Assembly: GCA_002245135.1 (NCBI GenBank)
Contig: NGBS01000871.1
Coordinates: 372,001 to 436,000, forward strand
Length of the DNA stretch: 64,000 nt
Reading direction: 5' to 3'
Source: Proteromonas lacertae
Lineage: Eukaryota
Shown: piece by piece, positions 58,960-64,000 of the stretch
Position numbering within the stretch: the first letter of the stretch is position 1
Layout: each line of letters begins with the position of its first letter
Program-made: the position numbers and the translations under genes
Notes under the pieces: model-generated
Database searches by the model: none
What the model saw: the letters and a program-made list of their open reading frames with translations, nothing else
What the model was told of the DNA's origin: nothing

Positions 58960-61900
58960 ATGAGCAATTTAAATGGGAAAATTAAAGTTAAAATTCATCT
59001 TAACAGCGAATTATATGTACATGAAGTGGATAAAAATATAACAGGGAGTGATCTTTCTGCATTTATATGTGTATAAACCTATTTATTTATCTATAGAGAA
59101 TTTTTAATGCTACTAAAATAATAGCAACATGTGAACAACAAAGCATTCCAAATAGTTCACTGTATGATTATTATCATAAGAATGAGTTGGATATTTATGT
59201 TAGTGTATTACATTCATACAATCAACAATATTTAAATCAACAACAGTATTTTAATCCAATGCAACAACGAAATTTACAGTATCAGCCACCACCACCGTTG
59301 CAACATCCCCAACCACCAAAAACAGACTCGCAGCAACAAATTTTATATCAACAAAACTATCCACCAACACTTCAACAACAACTAATTAAAAGTCACACTC
59401 AACCTCAACCTCAATTATATACTCCACAACAACAAGCTGTTCAGATGCAGAGGCAAAGTTCATTTCAAACTAATCAATATCAACAACAACATTTTAATCA
59501 AGAAGTATCTCCTCCACTTCCTCCACCTCCACCTCCACCTCCGCCTCCTCTACAACAACCTCCACCTCAAATGCAAAGACAAAATTCCTATCAAACAAAT
59601 CAATGTCAACAACAATATTATCAACAACCTGTAACAAATTCGCAATTAGCTTCTGTTGCTCCTCCTCCTCCTCCTCCTCCTCCTCCTCCTCCTCCACCAC
59701 CACCACCACCACCACCACCACCACCACCACCACCACCACCACCACCACCACCAATTCAGCAACAACCACAAATACCACCACAACATATATATTCTCAAAC
59801 TGAACCACAACCTCACCTATTACAACAGATAGAAAGACAGAATGTATTTCAAAGAATTCAATATCAACAACAATGTCAACATTATTCTCCACAAACACTT
59901 CAGCCTCAACCACAGATGCAAAAACAAAATTCCTTACAAGGAAATATATTTCAGCAATATCCACAGAATATACATCAATCACACTACCAGCAACAACAGC
60001 AACTGCAACAAAATCTACAACAACTAAATATCAATAAACAGATAGATCAACATCCTCCACCTCCTCCACCTCCAAATCAACCACAACAATTACAACAACT
60101 TCCAATAATAGAATCTCCAACATCTGAAGACTATTTACACATTCTCGTTGAAGATAGTAAAACTAATGAAGTATTTGCTTTGCCAATTGATAATAATGAC
60201 ATTGAAATATGTATAGATAAAGAATATACAAAATCCTTACCATCATCATTAATTTATGGAATTAATAAAGCCGTAAAATTCAAATTAGGAAAAGATGGAA
60301 AAGTATATAAATTACCATTTGTAGATAAAGGTAGTAAATGCTTTTATTTTTATGAATTAATTGGATATAAAGGAAAGAATATATCATTTGATGATGATGA
60401 AGTTGTTTTTCCCTGTAATAATAATAGATTATTAGTTCATAGTGATAATCCAGTATTAAAAATAACAATAGATAATGAATCTAAAGAAATCCAACCAAAT
60501 CGATTCATGCCCAGACAAAAGCAACATCATAAGTATTTTGAATGGAAAGATAGTTATATTTCAAAAATATTTAGTAATATGATTATTTACAAAGATATTC
60601 CTGTGTTAATATCATCTCCAAAGTCTACTTTAAAGTCATCATTGGTTATTCAAGGGTGTAAAGTCTATCATTTACCATATACTCATTATTATTGTACAAG
60701 TGACTGTAGTGAAGAGGAATTTTTAAATGAATGTTTTTATGATGCATTTTTGAAAGGAAAAGTATTGGTATTAGATAATTTTCACTATTTACCAACAAAT
60801 ATATTAAATGTAATATATCACTGTATTATTTCAAATAGAAAGTCTTTCTATTCAGAAGATGAAAAAGTAGTTGAAAAACATAATGATTTCAGATTGATAT
60901 GTATTGTAGATAGTGAAGAGAATAGTTATTTATATGGCCATGCTATTTATCAGTTGTTCCATATAGAAACAAACTTAATGGATGATTATAAAATAATAAT
61001 ATCAAATATATTAACTAAAACATATAATATTAAAGATAATGGTTTGATAGACGATATTAATAGCAGATATAATGAAGAGAATAACATAAAGGATAATTCT
61101 TTAACTATGAATCAATGTTTCATTATAGGTAAATATTTATCTGAAGGAAGTGAAACTAAAAGAGATGATATCTACAGATTAGTGTTTGATAATAGTATGT
61201 TAATTCCACCAAATGATGTAGAAATTCCCAAATGTAATACAATAATGGAATTTGATAATAAAATCTGGAAAATGTTTTATTATACTATGAAAATGTATTT
61301 AAAATATACATATCCAGTAATTATAGTTGGTAAAAGTAATGAAATCATATACAAATATTTGAATGGATTTATTAATAGTGATAATAATAATAATAAATAT
61401 GAATATATTCATTGTGCTTTCCAGTACAACAGTGATGAATATTTTGACAAAAACAATGGTTTTATAGAAAAGGGAATTGAAAATGGTAAAACCGTTGTGT
61501 TAGAATCTATTGAATCTATTCCATATTACACATTACATCATTTGTATCGTTTAATTGATAATTTAGGTGATAGTTCATATCTTAAGAATATATCAAATTT
61601 GAATAGTGATTTTAGATTGATTTTAACAACAGCATCAAATGTGAATCTCATTCCCCAAAAACTGATGAGAAAATGTCAAGTAGTAACAATTCCAGAAGAA
61701 GGTAAAGATGGAGATATTAATCCTGAAAAGATTAATAGAGAAGAATTAAAAGTTACATTCGTAGAAAAACATCCAGAAATGAGAAACGATGAAGAAAATA
61801 AAGTATTAAGAAAAGAAGTATCTGATGAAATTTACAACAATTTACTTTATAATAGATCTGTTACATTGTTTGGTGAAAAGAATAGTGGAAAATCAAATAT

Positions 61901-64000
61901 AGCTGTTAATACTTTGGCAGATATCGGAAGAAATATCAATTCAATCAGTTTATTTATTAACCCAAATACTTCAATTAAAGAATTATGTGGATATTATGAT
62001 AATGATAATGGTGTTTTCTGTTATGGAAAGTTACTAAAAGCAATTATGAATGGTTATGTTGTAATTATTGAAAATACTCATTTATTGGATAGGAATGTTT
62101 TATTAGTATTGAATATATTATCAAATCCAGAAATTAAATCATTTAAATATTATGATAAAGACATTTTAGTAAACGATGGATTTAGATTATTGTTTCTATA
62201 TACAACATCAACAACAATTGAAAATAATAAAGAGATTATTCAACTAAGTAATATTATATCTCCATATACAAAATATATTTATCTTCCATCATTTTCTGAT
62301 GAAGAAAAAGAACAAATATTAAATGAATACAAAGTCTTATATGATAATGAATTATTTTCAATGACTCAGATTTATTATTTGACAGAAATTAAGAAAGAAT
62401 TGAAAATTAAAGATGAAGAATTCCCACTTTTAGTATCACTGTTTCTACCTGAAGAGAAAATTAGTATTTTGGGGAATATTTACAATAATAAAGAAAGAAT
62501 TGAAAGATTTTTGAGTGAGAAAGTTAAAATAGAAAAATCATATTTAGTTAAAGAAGGATTTAAAGTGAGTGTAGATGATGATGAAATGAAATATTCAAAA
62601 GATATTGAATATTTGGAAGTATTATTTCGATTAAAGATAGTCGATAAAGTGAAGAAACCAACATTGATTTGCTATAATGATATATCTCAAGTGTATACTG
62701 TCAATGATAGCATTTTGTTAGATATGAATTATCCATTTAATAAAGAAGAATTATTTGGTAAAAGTGAGTATAAAACAAAATATGAATTAATAAATATGAA
62801 AATGGATGATGAAAATGAATTTAATGAAATGATTAATAATGTAGTTGATAATAGTAAAAATGAAAAAGATAGAATATTCTTTTATAATTCAGGATATATA
62901 ACATCTAGTTTGTGTAATTTCAAACCTATAGTAATGAATGATATTGATTTCATAACTAATAATTGCATTAATGAGTTTATTGGATTATTACATTATTCAG
63001 AAGGTAGTATTTTAACAAATGGTACTTGTTCTATAGCTATAACTGAAGAATTGACTGAAAGTTATGAAACTAAGAATGATCGTTCAAAAGCATATTACAA
63101 TAAAAAGTATATGTTGACTGGAACAATTCAAAAAGAAAGACTATTTGGTTATGAATTGAAAGATAAATTTCTACATATTTATTCTAATCATAGTAATAGT
63201 TATTACAATAATATGAATATGCTTTATAAAGATTGTTTTATAAAGGAAGGAACATTAGTTGGATTTATTCATTATGTTATATCAAATGAAGAAGAAAGAA
63301 AATTCTTTGAAGATTATCTACATTTAGAAGAATTGTTGGATAAAAAGAAATGTAAAATGTTATTAAAAATACATTTCAATAATGATTTAGTAGAATTATT
63401 TAAGAGTGTACATTTCCAAGAATCTTTCTATTTTGCATCATCAACAGTGAAAATGATGGTTTCATTACTAATATCAATAAGTAAATCTACTCCATTAATA
63501 ATGGAAGGATCTTTTGGAATAGGGAAAACTTTATTAACTGATTTGATACTTAAGTCATTGAATAAGAAGTATGAATTTATTACAATCAATGAATCAACAG
63601 ATACAAAAGAGATTATAATGAATTATAAAAGAATAATCGATAAATATATGAAAGAAGAGGAAGTTGATGGTGATGATGATGATAGTGATAGTAATGATGA
63701 TAGAATTACTGAATTGTTTATTGTAATTGATGGTATAAATGATTCAATATCAACTGCCACTTTTCTATTAATAACACAATTGTTTAATAGATGTATTACA
63801 TTTAAAGGATTTGAAACAATTAGAATACCAGATTATTTGAAAGTAAATAATATACTGATATGTGATTCAAACTATAATATGAATAATAGTTATAACAAAT
63901 CGAAGATTACTCAAAGCATTAAGAATTTTGCTATCATGAATCACATCTTGTATTATGGAGATATAGGAATAAAAGAAAAGGAAATAATTGAGATATTTAA
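58960..64000 (+). CDS. Midasin-like tandem AAA+ protein with degenerate modules, preceded by a ubiquitin-like N-terminus and a Gln/Pro-rich region; intron 59071-59096; runs off the window end
   Basis: The frame appears open from 59097 to 64000 (absent from the ORF track because there is no stop). Repeated P-loop/AAA_5-type units: PVLISSPKSTLKS..GKVLVLDN..HNDFRLICI; TLFGEKNSGKS..YGKLLKAIMNGYVVIIEN..DGFRLLF; PLIMEGSFGIGKT..FIVIDGIN. Confidence 0.75.
59661..59753 (+). repeat. (CCT)11(CCA)20 encoding 31 consecutive prolines
   Basis: Direct count, in frame with the midasin-like CDS. Confidence 0.9.

Noticed and set aside
59494..60027. Poly-V/E, poly-S/T and other short ORFs
   Set aside because: Shadows of the poly-Pro/Gln region of the midasin-like gene.
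1..64000. CRISPR arrays, tRNA/rRNA genes, transposase or reverse-transcriptase ORFs, prokaryotic operons
   Set aside because: None seen. The sequence is eukaryotic, and its repeats are microsatellites or protein-domain repeats.

Overview
AT-rich, gene-dense eukaryotic DNA using the standard genetic code, with many tiny GT-AG introns (mostly 26-43 nt) and short intergenic gaps. The architecture and surface-protein repertoire suggest a Blastocystis/Proteromonas-type gut stramenopile; this is an inference. About 15 genes can be modelled by hand-splicing: a >4300-aa FN3/'EVQ'-repeat protein (5'-truncated), PA28/PSME3, a coiled-coil protein, a divergent intronless Hsp70, a C2H2/Sfi1-like/jacalin protein, a four-domain voltage-gated cation channel, a small membrane protein, a ~4000-aa He_PIG/PA14 type I surface protein, NAD kinase, a large ankyrin-repeat protein, a small membrane protein with a SEC-C motif, a secreted WIF-domain + pseudo-EEP protein, a Vps39/TGFBRAP1-like protein, OSCP1 and a 3'-truncated midasin-like multi-AAA protein. 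A decayed protein-kinase pseudogene is also present. The most striking observation is the gene at 52833-54309. Removing a 34-nt intron reveals an apparent WIF (Wnt-inhibitory-factor) domain, which I know only from animals, fused to a catalytically degenerate sphingomyelinase/EEP-like domain, with a signal peptide and a GPI-like tail. All domain calls are by eye and need HMM or structure confirmation.
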